From Monocercomonoides exilis PA203 (taxonomy: Eukaryota; Protista; Preaxostyla), in the NCBI GenBank assembly GCA_001643675.2, contig LSRY02000051.1:1-64000 (forward strand): 64,000 nucleotides of DNA, in the 5' to 3' direction. Positions 1-12,300 of the stretch are shown piece by piece. A model generated the notes under the pieces. That model did not search any database. It was not told the origin of the DNA and saw only the letters and a list, made by a program, of their open reading frames with translations. Position 1 is the stretch's first letter. The number at the start of each line of letters is the position of its first letter. A program made the position numbers and the translations under genes.

Positions 1-3000
1 AACCCTAACCCTAACCCTAACCCTAACCTAACCCTAACCCTAACCCTAACCCTAACCCTAACCCTAACCCTAACCCTAACCCTAACCTAACCCTAACCCT
101 AACCCTAACCCTAACCCTAACCCTAACCCTAACCCTAACCCTAACCCTAACCCTAACCCTAACCCTAACCTAACCTAACCCTAACCCTAACCCTAACCTA
201 ACCCTAACCCTAACCTAACCCTAACCCTAACCCCTAACCCTAACCCTAACCCTAACCCTAACCTAACCCTAACCCTAACCCTAACCCTAACCCTAACCCT
301 AACCCTAACCCTAACCCTAACCCTAACCCTAACCCTAACCCTAACCCTAACCTAACCTAACCCTAACCCTAACCCTAACCCTAACCCTAACCCTAACCCT
401 AACCTAACCCTAACCCTAACCCTAACCCTAACCCTAACCCTAACCCTAACCCTAACCCTAACCCTAACCCTAACCCTAACCCTAACCTAACCCTAACCCT
501 AACCCTAACCCTAACCTAACCCTAACCCTAACCCTAACCCTAACCCTAACCCCCTAACCCTAACCCTAACCCTAACCCTAACCCTAACCCTAACCCTAAC
601 CCTAACCCTAACCCTAACCCTAACCCTAACCCTAACCCTAACCCTAACCCTAACCCTAACCCTAACCCTAACCTAACCCTAACCCTAACCCTAACCCTAA
701 CCTAACCCTAACCCTAACCCTAACCCTAACCCTAACCCCTAACCCTAACCCTAACCCTAACCCTAACCCTAACCTAACCCTAACCCTAACCCTAACCCTA
801 ACCCTAACCCTAACCCTAACCCTAACCCTAACCCTAACCCCTAACCCTAACCCTAACCCTAACCCTAACCCTAACCCTAACCCTAACCCTAACCCTAACC
901 CTAACCCTAACCTAACCCTAACCCTAACCCTAACCCTAACCCTAACCCTAACCCTAACCCTAACCCTAACCTAACCCTAACCCTAACCCTAACCCTAACC
1001 CTAACCCTAACCCTAACCCTAACCCTAACCCTAACCCTAACCCTAACCCCTAACCCTAACCCTAACCCTAACCCTAACCCTAACCCTAACCCTAACCCTA
1101 ACCCTAACCCTAACCCTAACCTAACCCTAACCCTAACCCTAACCCTAACCCTAACCCTAACCCTAACCCTAACCTAACCCTAACCCTAACCCTAACCCTA
1201 ACCCTAACCCTAACCCTAACCCTAACCCTAACCCTAACCCTAACCCTAACCCTAACCCTAACCCTAACCCTAACCCTAACCCTAACCCTAACCCTAACCC
1301 TAACCTAACCCTAACCCTAACCCTAACCCTAACCCTAACCCTAACCCTAACCCTAACCCTAACCTAACCCTAACCTAACCCTAACCCTAACCTAACCCTA
1401 ACCTAACCCTAACCCTAACCCTAACCCTAACCCTAACCCTAACCCTAACCTAACCCCTAACCCTAACCCTAACCCTAACCCTAACCCTAACCCCTAACCC
1501 TAACCCTAACCCTAACCCTAACCCCTAACCCTAACCCTAACCCTAACCCTAACCCTAACCCTAACCCTAACCCTAACCCTAACCCTAACCCTAACCCTAA
1601 CCCTAACCCTAACCCTAACCCTAACCCTAACCCTAACCCTAACCCTAACCCTAACCCTAACCCTAACCCTAACCCTAACCCTAACCCTAACCCCTAACCC
1701 TAACCCTAACCCTAACCCTAACCCTAACCCTAACCCTAACCCTAACCCTAACCCTAACCCTAACCCTAACCCTAACCCTAACCCTAACCCTAACCCTAAC
1801 CCTAACCCTAACCCTAACCCTAACCCTAACCTAACCCTAACCCTAACCTAACCCTAACCCTAACCCTAACCCTAACCCTAACCCTAACCCTAACCCTAAC
1901 CCTAACCCTAACCCTAACCCTAACCCTAACCCTAACCCTAACCCTAACCCTAACCCTAACCCTAACCCTAACCCTAACCCTAACCCTAACCCTAACCCTA
2001 ACCCTAACCCTAACCCTAACCCTAACCCTAACCCCTAACCCTAACCCTAACCCTAACCCTAACCCCTAACCCTAACCTAACCCTAACCCCTAACCCTAAC
2101 CCTAACCCTAACCCTAACCCTAACCCTAACCCTAACCCTAACCCTAACCCTAACCCTAACCCTAACCCTAACCCTAACCCTAACCCTAACCCTAACCCTA
2201 ACCCTAACCCTAACCCTAACCTAACCCTAACCTAACCTAACCCTAACCCTAACCCTAACCCTAACCTAACCCTAACCCTAACCCTAACCTAACCCTAACC
2301 CTAACCCTAACCCTAACCTAACCCCTAACCCCTAACCCTAACCCTAACCCTAACCCTAACCCTAACCCTAACCCTAACCCTAACCCTAACCTAACCCTAA
2401 CCCTAACCCTAACCCTAACCCTAACCCTAACCCTAACCCTAACCCTAACCCTAACCCTAACCCTAACCCTAACCCTAACCCTAACCCTAACCCTAACCCT
2501 AACCCTAACCCTAACCCTAACCCTAACCCTAACCCTAACCCTAACCCTAACCCTAACCCTAACCCTAACCCTAACCCTAACCCTAACCCTAACCCTAACC
2601 CTAACCTAACCCTAACCTAACCCTAACCCTAACCCTAACCCTAACCCTAACCCTAACCCTAACCCTAACCCTAACCCTAACCCTAACCCTAACCCTAACC
2701 CTAACCTAACCCTAACCCTAACCCTAACCCTAACCTAACCCTAACCCTAACCCTAACCCTAACCCTAACCCTAACCCTAACCCTAACCCTAACCCTAACC
2801 TAACCCTAACCCTAACCCTAACCCTAACCCTAACCCTAACCCTAACCCTAACCCTAACCCTAACCCTAACCTAACCCTAACCCTAACCCTAACCCTAACC
2901 CTAACCCTAACCCTAACCCTAACCCTAACCCTAACCCTAACCCTAACCCTAACCCTAACCCTAACCTAACCCTAACCCTAACCCTAACCCTAACCCTAAC

Positions 3001-3459
3001 CCTAACCCTAACCCTAACCCTAACCCTAACCTAACCCTAACCCTAACCCTAACCCTAACCTAACCCTAACCCTAACCCTAACCCTAACCCTAACCCTAAC
3101 CCTAACCCTAACCCTAACCCTAACCTAGTTTGAACCCTAACCCTAACCCTAACCCTAACCCTAACCCTAACCCTAACCCTAACCCTAACCCTAACCCTAA
3201 CCCTAACCCTAACCCTAACCCTAACCCCTAACCCCTAACCCTAACCCTAACCCTAACCCTAACCCTAACCCTAACCCTAACCCCTAACCTAACCCTAACC
3301 CTAACCCTAACCCTAACCCTAACCCCTAACCTAACCTAACCCTAACCCTAACCCTAACCCTAACCCTAACCCTAACCCTAACCTAACCTAACCTAACCCT
3401 AACCTAACCCTAACCCTAACCTAACCTAACCTAACCTAACCCTAACCCTAACCTAACCT
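1..3459 (-). repeat. Telomere, (TTAGGG)n read as (CCCTAA)n on +; left chromosome end, ~3.46 kb
   Basis: Continuous CCCTAA hexamers from base 1, with scattered CCTAA/CCCCTAA variants. The C-rich strand at the 5' end is the expected orientation for a left telomere. Confidence 0.99.
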
Positions 3460-4669
3460 GGGTTTTATCTGATGAAATGAAAAAACGAAAGTTGTGGAAT
3501 TTAACACGGGATGCGATGTCACAACGTCTTCGTCGTCGTGCTCAAGCTGCTGGGTACCCACACGATCTCTTCTCCTTTCATTCATTCAGAAGTGGGTTTA
3601 TGTGTTCTGCGATCTTGGCTTCTGGTGTTGATGCTCATGCAAGGGATTCTGCCTATATGTACACAGCTGCCATTGCTGGCTGGGTTCCAAATTCGAAGGT
3701 TCAGAACAGATATGCAAAGCCTGCAATCACTGCCTCCATCGTTTCTTCTCGAGTTATCAAAACGAAAATTGAGAATGAAGTCATCGACATGTCTCTTGTC
3801 AACCCTGAGACATTTCACAACATCAACTTCAACCATGAAATTGAACATAACATCTGTGAGAGAACAGCAATTCAGATGGTTCGCAGAACATTCAAAGATA
3901 GAATCAATGTAGAGAAAGTGACTTCAACTTCAGAGGAAAAACCAAAGAGAAGAGAAGGCAATACAAGCAAAGAGCTTGGAAGAATGCTTTAACTCGATAC
4001 GTTGTGAGTGAAGAGGAGTTGGAAAAGGAAGCAAGTGAAATTTACACTAAACATAAAAACTATAACAATCCACAGACTCGCTTTTCGACAGTGAATAATG
4101 TTCGTGCTGATGTTGGAATTCGCCATGTCAATGAGAGAGTCTATGAAAAATGTGAAAATATTGATGATATTGTTGATGAATTACTTAGGTTTGTTGAAGA
4201 TGAGGTGGATGGAACAAAAGAGATTAGAAAGTATCATAGAAAGAAGCCCTGCCCTTATGAGCACTCTTTGCACAGGGATGTTGATGATAAGGGTCACAGA
4301 AAAAGAATACCTTGGACTGATGAAGAAGATACAAAATTGTTAGAGATGAACTTTGAAAAGAAAAGGTTCGTTGAGATGGCTGCAGAGTTGCCTGGGAGGT
4401 TGCCTCGTGATTGTCGAGACAGACTCAGAAATTTGGGGGTTATTGAAGGATGGAAAGATGATAGCATGACTAAGAAAAAGATGAAGAGAAGAAAGACGAT
4501 TTTGAAAGATGATATTGAAGATGATGAAGATGATGATTCTGAAGATTCTGAAGATTCTGATGATGAAGAAACTGAAGAAATTGAGGAAAAAATCAGTTTG
4601 AAAAAAGAAATGAAAAAAAGAAATACAAAAGAAAGAAAAATTGAAATTAATTATGATGATGAAAAATAA
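3459..4669 (+). pseudogene. 5'-truncated, frameshifted tyrosine recombinase with C-terminal Myb/SANT domain and acidic tail
   Basis: Frame is open from the telomere junction (TGG at 3459: WVLSDEMKKRKLWNL...). It contains YR motifs FSFHSFRSGF (HxxR) and AGWVPNSKVQNRY (W...Y). A -1 frameshift between ~3902 and 3992 joins the 4004..4669 frame, which carries RKRIPWTDEEDTKLL...LPGRLPRDCRDRLRNL (Myb). Collinear with the 833-aa ORF at 37624..40125; the first catalytic Arg region is missing. Confidence 0.9.
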
Positions 4670-6005
4670 ACTTTTTTATTACCTTTTGATTTGAATTTTT
4701 ATTGGTTTTTGATTTTTTCTATATAGTCATTGTTTTCCGAAATATTGTATTTTTATTTGGCTTCGCCAAGTTATACCCAGTTAATTACCTTTTTATTTCT
4801 TTTTGTTTTTTATCTTTTTTATTTAGAAAGAAATATCAAAGGTCAGATGAAATTGATGTTAATCTTTCATCAAACGACCAATATTTTTGATATTTTTCAC
4901 TCTTGATATTATTCGATTTTATTGAGGTTTATTGAATGTTTTTCAATAACGCATTGATATTTTTCATAAATTTTCAGATGAAAATAAATAATCCAAATTA
5001 ATTAAATTCTTTTTTTCGAACAAATTGCATGTTTTCTTGGGTTGCTTTTTCTTCAAAAAAAACTTTTCAAATAAATAATTAACTTGAAAAAAAAATCTCC
5101 GTTCACATTCATATTCAGAAATTTTCAAAGGTTCGGATGACAAAATTCACTCAATTATGAAAATTTTTGTCACAATGATATTCAAAATAGTTATATTCTT
5201 AGGTTTCACTAATTCTATTTTTCCAATGAGTATAATAACTATTAACAAAACTTCGAAAAGATAGAAGGAATATTTGGAGGTTATTTAGAAATATGTCTCA
5301 AATATTTTGATTTCAATATTTCTATTGATTTCAGCCAACATAACAAATGTTCAATAAACTGATAGAATTTTAATGGTTCTCGATGAAATAAAACTCACAA
5401 ACATATTAAAAACTGATATGCCTACGATATAATTGGGCTTCATTTTCTTCCAAAGTCAAAATATTACCAGTATAAACATCATCAATCATCTTTTCTTGGG
5501 TTGCAAAACATTTTTCGTTTCAAACAACATCAGTCATTTTCACTAAAAAATCACAAAGTTTGACTGAATGATATTCAAAGGTTCTGTTGATTCAATTATC
5601 ACTCTTACAAACAATCATTCATTTCGTCATGACAAATGAATAATAACATTGAAATTGTTTGGTTGCAACAACATTGATGACCCACAAAATACACGTATTT
5701 TCACTCATTTAATGATTTGAAATAAAGGCAAAATTCCATGGTTAGTTTGATCCTGATGCTATATGAACTTCTTTATATCACTTTAATGGTTGCAAACAAT
5801 CAATAAGCAACCTTGACTTTCTAAAATAATATAACACTTTTGGTATCAAAACACAGAAAAATACACTTTTCCTAGGACCTCCTACAAAAGTTGAACTTTT
5901 GTGGTTAGCTACTAGAAAATCCAAATTTTTGATACTAAAAGTATGCATAATTGTCAGTTGACAAAATACATCAACCTTCATATCTCCCATAATGCACAGT
6001 TGGTC

Positions 6006-6055
6006 CCCTAACCCTAACCTAACCTAACCTAACCCTAACCCTAACCCTAACCTAA
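6006..6055 (-). repeat. Interstitial telomeric repeat tract (~50 bp)
   Basis: ccctaaccctaacctaacctaacctaaccctaaccctaaccctaacctaa, same orientation as the terminal telomere, abutting the first satellite unit with a shared AA. Confidence 0.97.
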
Positions 6056-6077
6056 TTTTGTAATTTTTGTCGAAAAA

Positions 6078-6186
6078 GAAGTATTGAGAATAATTGGTGT
6101 TGAGTGATATTTCGGGTGAGAGGGCCTTCTCAGAGGGAAAAAGCCTTCCCACCCAAAAATATCAATGAAATATTTCTCAAAACTTC
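6078..6186. other. Long imperfect inverted repeat in the satellite unit (first copy shown; present in all units)
   Basis: Nested arms: gaagtattgagaa/ttctcaaaacttc, tgatattt/aaatatca, gggtgagagggc/gccttcccaccc. Confidence 0.85.
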
Positions 6187-6208
6187 ACCAAGTGATGTGA
6201 CAATGCAA

Positions 6209-6250
6209 GAGAGTGTGATGGGAGAGCGTTGCAAGGCGCTCCCCACTCTC
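6209..6250 (+). other. Stem-loop with GCAA loop in the satellite unit (first copy shown)
   Basis: gagagtg/cactctc and gagcgtt-gcaa-ggcgctc, with two G-T wobbles on the + strand. Confidence 0.8.
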
Positions 6251-6365
6251 GACGAGCCGGAAGGAACGCGCTGCGCGCTGCCCTAGGCCTTTTCCAGTCA
6301 ATTTCCCTTATTAACCGAATTTTCTTTGTTTTTTTTTTGCGGGGCGGGGAGGGCGCGGTGAGTGG

Positions 6366-6388
6366 TGTGGCCTGCTGTGCAGGCCACA
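6366..6388. other. Perfect 10-bp inverted repeat with invertible 3-nt loop (first copy shown)
   Basis: TGTGGCCTGC-[TGT or ACA]-GCAGGCCACA; the two loop alleles are exact reverse complements. Confidence 0.95.
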
Positions 6389-9300
6389 GGAGCCAGGGGG
6401 CTATTTACACAAATTTTGTAATTTTTGTCGAAAAAGAAGTATTGAGAATAATTGGTGTTGAGTGATATTTCGGGTGAGAGGGCCTTCTCAGAGGGAAAAA
6501 GCCTTCCCACCCAAAAATATCAATGAAATATTTCTCAAAACTTCACCAAGTGATGTGACAATGCAAGAGAGTGTGATGGGAGAGCGTTGCAAGGCGCTCC
6601 CCACTCTCGACGAGCCGGAAGGAACGCGCTGCGCGCTGCCCTAGGCCTTTTCCAGTCAATTTCCCTTATTAACCGAATTTTCTTTGTTTTTTTTTTGCGG
6701 GGCGGGGAGGGCGCGGTGAGTGGTGTGGCCTGCACAGCAGGCCACAGGAGCCAGGGGGCTATTTACACAAATTTTGTAATTTTTGTCGAAAAAGAAGTAT
6801 TGAGAATAATTGGTGTTGAGTGATATTTCGGGTGAGAGGGCCTTCTCAGAGGGAAAAAGCCTTCCCACCCAAAAATATCAATGAAATATTTCTCAAAACT
6901 TCACCAAGTGATGTGACAATGCAAGAGAGTGTGATGGGAGAGCGTTGCAAGGCGCTCCCCATGCTCTCCGAGCCGGAAGGAACGCGCTGCGCGCTGCCCT
7001 AGGCCTTTTCCAGTCAATTTCCCTTATTAACCGAATTTTCTTTGTTTTTTTTTTGCGGGGCGGGGAGGGCGCGGTGAGTGGTGTGGCCTGCACAGCAGGC
7101 CACAGGAGCCAGGGGGCTATTTACACAAATTTTGTAATTTTTGTCGAAAAAGAAGTATTGAGAATAATTGGTGTTGAGTGATATTTCGGGTGAGAGGGCC
7201 TTCTCAGAGGGAAAAAGCCTTCCCACCCAAAAATATCAATGAAATATTTCTCAAAACTTCACCAAGTGATGTGACAATGCAAGAGAGTGTGATGGGAGAG
7301 CGTTGCAAGGCGCTCCCCATGCTCTCGAGCCGGAAGGAACGCGCTGCGCGCTGCCCTAGGCCTTTTCCAGTCAATTTCCCTTATTAACCGAATTTTCTTT
7401 GTTTTTTTTTTTTGCGGGGCGGGGAGGGCGCGGTGAGGTGGTGTGGCCTGCACAGCAGGCCACAGGAGCCAGGGGGCTATTTACACAAATTTTGTAATTT
7501 TTGTCGAAAAAGAAGTATTGAGAATAATTGGTGTTGAGTGATATTTCGGGTGAGAGGGCCTTCTCAGAGGGAAAAGCCTTCCCACCCAAAAATATCAATG
7601 AAATATTTCTCAAAACTTCACCAAGTGATGTGACAATGCAAGAGAGTGTGATGGGAGAGCGTTGCAAGGCGCTCCCCACTCTCGACGAGCCGGAAGGAAC
7701 GCGCTGCGCGCTGCCCTAGGCCTTTTCCAGTCAATTTCCCTTATTAACCGAATTTTCTTTTGTTTTTTTTTTTGCGGGGCGGGGAGGGCGCGGTGAGTGG
7801 TGTGGCCTGCACAGCAGGCCACAGGAGCCAGGGGGCTATTTACACAAATTTTGTAATTTTTGTCGAAAAAGAAGTATTGAGAATAATTGGTGTTGAGTGA
7901 TATTTCGGGTGAGAGGGCCTTCTCAGAGGGAAAAAGCCTTCCCACCCAAAAATATCAATGAAATATTTCTCAAAACTTCACCAAGTGATGTGACAATGCA
8001 AGAGAGTGTGATGGGAGAGCGTTGCAAGGCGCTCCCCACTCTCGACGAGCCGGAAGGAACGCGCTGCGCGCTGCCCTAGGCCTTTTCCAGTCAATTTCCC
8101 TTATTAACCGAATTTTCTTTTGTTTTTTTTTTTTGCGGGGCGGGGAGGGCGCGGTGAGTGGTGTGGCCTGCACAGCAGGCCACAGGAGCCAGGGGGCTAT
8201 TTACACAAATTTTGTAATTTTTGTCGAAAAAGAAGTATTGAGAATAATTGGTGTTGAGTGATATTTCGGGTGAGAGGGCCTTCTCAGAGGGAAAAGCCTT
8301 CCCACCCAAAAATATCAATGAAATATTTCTCAAAACTTCACCAAGTGATGTGACAATGCAAGAGAGTGTGATGGGAGAGCGTTGCAAGGCGCTCCCCACT
8401 CTCGACGAGCCGGAAGGAACGCTGCGCGCTGCCCTAGGCCTTTTCCAGTCAATTTCCCTTATTAACCGAATTTTCTTTGTTTTTTTTTGCGGGGCGGGGA
8501 GGGCGCGGTGAGTGGTGTGGCCTGCACAGCAGGCCACAGGAGCCAGGGGGCTATTTACACAAATTTTGTAATTTTTGTCGAAAAAGAAGTATTGAGAATA
8601 ATTGGTGTTGAGTGATATTTCGGGTGAGAGGGCCTTCTCAGAGGGAAAAGCCTTCCCACCCAAAAATATCAATGAAATATTTCTCAAAACTTCACCAAGT
8701 GATGTGACAATGCAAGAGAGTGTGATGGGAGAGCGTTGCAAGGCGCTCCCCACTCTCGACGAGCCGGAAGGAACGCGCTGCGCGCTGCCCTAGGCCTTTT
8801 CCAGTCAATTTCCCTTATTAACCGAATTTTCTTTGTTTTTTTTTGCGGGGCGGGGAGGGCGCGGTGAGTGGTGTGGCCTGCACAGCAGGCCACAGGAGCC
8901 AGGGGGCTATTTACACAAATTTTGTAATTTTTGTCGAAAAAGAAGTATTGAGAATAATTGGTGTTGAGTGATATTTCGGGTGAGAGGGCCTTCTCAGAGG
9001 GAAAAGCCTTCCCACCCAAAAATATCAATGAAATATTTCTCAAAACTTCACCAAGTGATGTGACAATGCAAGAGAGTGTGATGGGAGAGCGTTGCAAGGC
9101 GCTCCCCACTCTCGACGAGCCGGAAGGAACGCTGCGCGCTGCCCTAGGCCTTTTCCAGTCAATTTCCCTTATTAACCGAATTTTCTTTGTTTTTTTTTTT
9201 TGCGGGGCGGGGAGGGCGCGGTGAGTGGTGTGGCCTGCACAGCAGGCCACAGGAGCCAGGGGGCTATTTACACAAATTTTGTAATTTTTGTCGAAAAAGA

Positions 9301-12300
9301 AGTATTGAGAATAATTGGTGTTGAGTGATATTTCGGGTGAGAGGGCCTTCTCAGAGGGAAAAAGCCTTCCCACCCAAAAATATCAATGAAATATTTCTCA
9401 AAACTTCACCAAGTGATGTGACAATGCAAGAGAGTGTGATGGGAGAGCGTTGCAAGGCGCTCCCCACTCTCGACGAGCCGGAAGGAACGCGCTGCGCGCT
9501 GCCCTAGGCCTTTTCCAGTCAATTTCCCTTATTAACCGAATTTTCTTTGTTTTTTTTTGCGGGGCGGGGAGGGCGCGGTGAGTGGTGTGGCCTGCACAGC
9601 AGGCCACAGGAGCCAGGGGGCTATTTACACAAATTTTGTAATTTTTGTCGAAAAAGAAGTATTGAGAATAATTGGTGTTGAGTGATATTTCGGGTGAGAG
9701 GGCCTTCTCAGAGGGAAAAAGCCTTCCCACCCAAAAATATCAATGAAATATTTCTCAAAACTTCACCAAGTGATGTGACAATGCAAGAGAGTGTGATGGG
9801 AGAGCGTTGCAAGGCGCTCCCCACTCTCGACGAGCCGGAAGGAACGCGCTGCGCGCTGCCCTAGGCCTTTTCCAGTCAATTTCCCTTATTAACCGAATTT
9901 TCTTTGTTTTTTTTTGCGGGGCGGGGAGGGCGCGGTGAGGTGGTGTGGCCTGCACAGCAGGCCACAGGAGCCAGGGGGCTATTTACACAAATTTTGTAAT
10001 TTTTGTCGAAAAAGAAGTATTGAGAATAATTGGTGTTGAGTGATATTTCGGGTGAGAGGGCCTTCTCAGAGGGAAAAGCCTTCCCACCCAAAAATATCAA
10101 TGAAATATTTCTCAAAACTTCACCAAGTGATGTGACAATGCAAGAGAGTGTGATGGGAGAGCGTTGCAAGGCGCTCCCCACTCTCGACGAGCCGGAAGGA
10201 ACGCGCTGCGCGCTGCCCTAGGCCTTTTCCAGTCAATTTCCCTTATTAACCGAATTTTCTTTGTTTTTTTTTTTGCGGGGCGGGGAGGGCGCGGTGAGTG
10301 GTGTGGCCTGCACAGCAGGCCACAGGAGCCAGGGGGCTATTTACACAAATTTTGTAATTTTTGTCGAAAAAGAAGTATTGAGAATAATTGGTGTTGAGTG
10401 ATATTTCGGGTGAGAGGGCCTTCTCAGAGGGAAAAAGCCTTCCCACCCAAAAATATCAATGAAATATTTCTCAAAACTTCACCAAGTGATGTGACAATGC
10501 AAGAGAGTGTGATGGGAGAGCGTTGCAAGGCGCTCCCCACTCTCGACGAGCCGGAAGGAACGCGCTGCGCGCTGCCCTAGGCCTTTTCCAGTCAATTTCC
10601 CTTATTAACCGAATTTTCTTTGTTTTTTTTTTTTGCGGGGCGGGGAGGGCGCGGTGAGTGGTGTGGCCTGCACAGCAGGCCACAGGAGCCAGGGGGCTAT
10701 TTACACAAATTTTGTAATTTTTGTCGAAAAAGAAGTATTGAGAATAATTGGTGTTGAGTGATATTTCGGGTGAGAGGGCCTTCTCAGAGGGAAAAGCCTT
10801 CCCACCCAAAAATATCAATGAAATATTTCTCAAAACTTCACCAAGTGATGTGACAATGCAAGAGAGTGTGATGGGAGAGCGTTGCAAGGCGCTCCCCACT
10901 CTCGACGAGCCGGAAGGAACGCGCTGCGCGCTGCCCTAGGCCTTTTCCAGTCAATTTCCCTTATTAACCGAATTTTCTTTTGTTTTTTTTTTTGCGGGGC
11001 GGGGAGGGCGCGGTGAGGTGGTGTGGCCTGCTGTGCAGGCCACAGGAGCCAGGGGGCTATTTACACAAATTTTGTAATTTTTGTCGAAAAAGAAGTATTG
11101 AGAATAATTGGTGTTGAGTGATATTTCGGGTGAGAGGGCCTTCTCAGAGGGAAAAGCCTTCCCACCCAAAAATATCAATGAAATATTTCTCAAAACTTCA
11201 CCAAGTGATGTGACAATGCAAGAGAGTGTGATGGGAGAGCGTTGCAAGGCGCTCCCCACTCTCGACGAGCCGGAAGGAACGCGCTGCGCGCTGCCCTAGG
11301 CCTTTTCCAGTCAATTTCCCTTATTAACCGAATTTTCTTTGTTTTTTTTTTTGCGGGGCGGGGAGGGCGCGGTGAGTGGTGTGGCCTGCTGTGCAGGCCA
11401 CAGGAGCCAGGGGGCTATTTACACAAATTTTGTAATTTTTGTCGAAAAAGAAGTATTGAGAATAATTGGTGTTGAGTGATATTTCGGGTGAGAGGGCCTT
11501 CTCAGAGGGAAAAAGCCTTCCCACCCAAAAATATCAATGAAATATTTCTCAAAACTTCACCAAGTGATGTGACAATGCAAGAGAGTGTGATGGGAGAGCG
11601 TTGCAAGGCGCTCCCCACTCTCGACGAGCCGGAAGGAACGCGCTGCGCGCTGCCCTAGGCCTTTTCCAGTCAATTTCCCTTATTAACCGAATTTTCTTTG
11701 TTTTTTTTTTGCGGGGCGGGGAGGGCGCGGTGAGTGGTGTGGCCTGCTGTGCAGGCCACAGGAGCCAGGGGGCTATTTACACAAATTTTGTAATTTTTGT
11801 CGAAAAAGAAGTATTGAGAATAATTGGTGTTGAGTGATATTTCGGGTGAGAGGGCCTTCTCAGAGGGAAAAGCCTTCCCACCCAAAAATATCAATGAAAT
11901 ATTTCTCAAAACTTCACCAAGTGATGTGACAATGCAAGAGAGTGTGATGGGAGAGCGTTGCAAGGCGCTCCCCACTCTCGACGAGCCGGAAGGAACGCGC
12001 TGCGCGCTGCCCTAGGCCTTTTCCAGTCAATTTCCCTTATTAACCGAATTTTCTTTGTTTTTTTTTGCGGGGCGGGGAGGGCGCGGTGAGTGGTGTGGCC
12101 TGCTGTGCAGGCCACAGGAGCCAGGGGGCTATTTACACAAATTTTGTAATTTTTGTCGAAAAAGAAGTATTGAGAATAATTGGTGTTGAGTGATATTTCG
12201 GGTGAGAGGGCCTTCTCAGAGGGAAAAGCCTTCCCACCCAAAAATATCAATGAAATATTTCTCAAAACTTCACCAAGTGATGTGACAATGCAAGAGAGTG

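Noticed and set aside
6251-6275. SRP RNA helix-8-like ccggaaggaa
   Set aside because: The conserved flanks (CAGG before, AGCA after) are absent.
6054-6412. Retrozyme/hammerhead, 5S rRNA, tRNA or telomerase-RNA tandem gene
   Set aside because: No CTGANGA...GAAA hammerhead core seen on either strand, no recognisable 5S/tRNA sequence or B-box, and no telomeric template. Other ribozyme classes were not excluded and need an Rfam scan.
6955-7335. Variant ccccatgctctc in units 3-4, plus scattered CG or homopolymer indels in other units
   Set aside because: Inconsistent between the two units and located at hairpins or runs; probably long-read consensus error.
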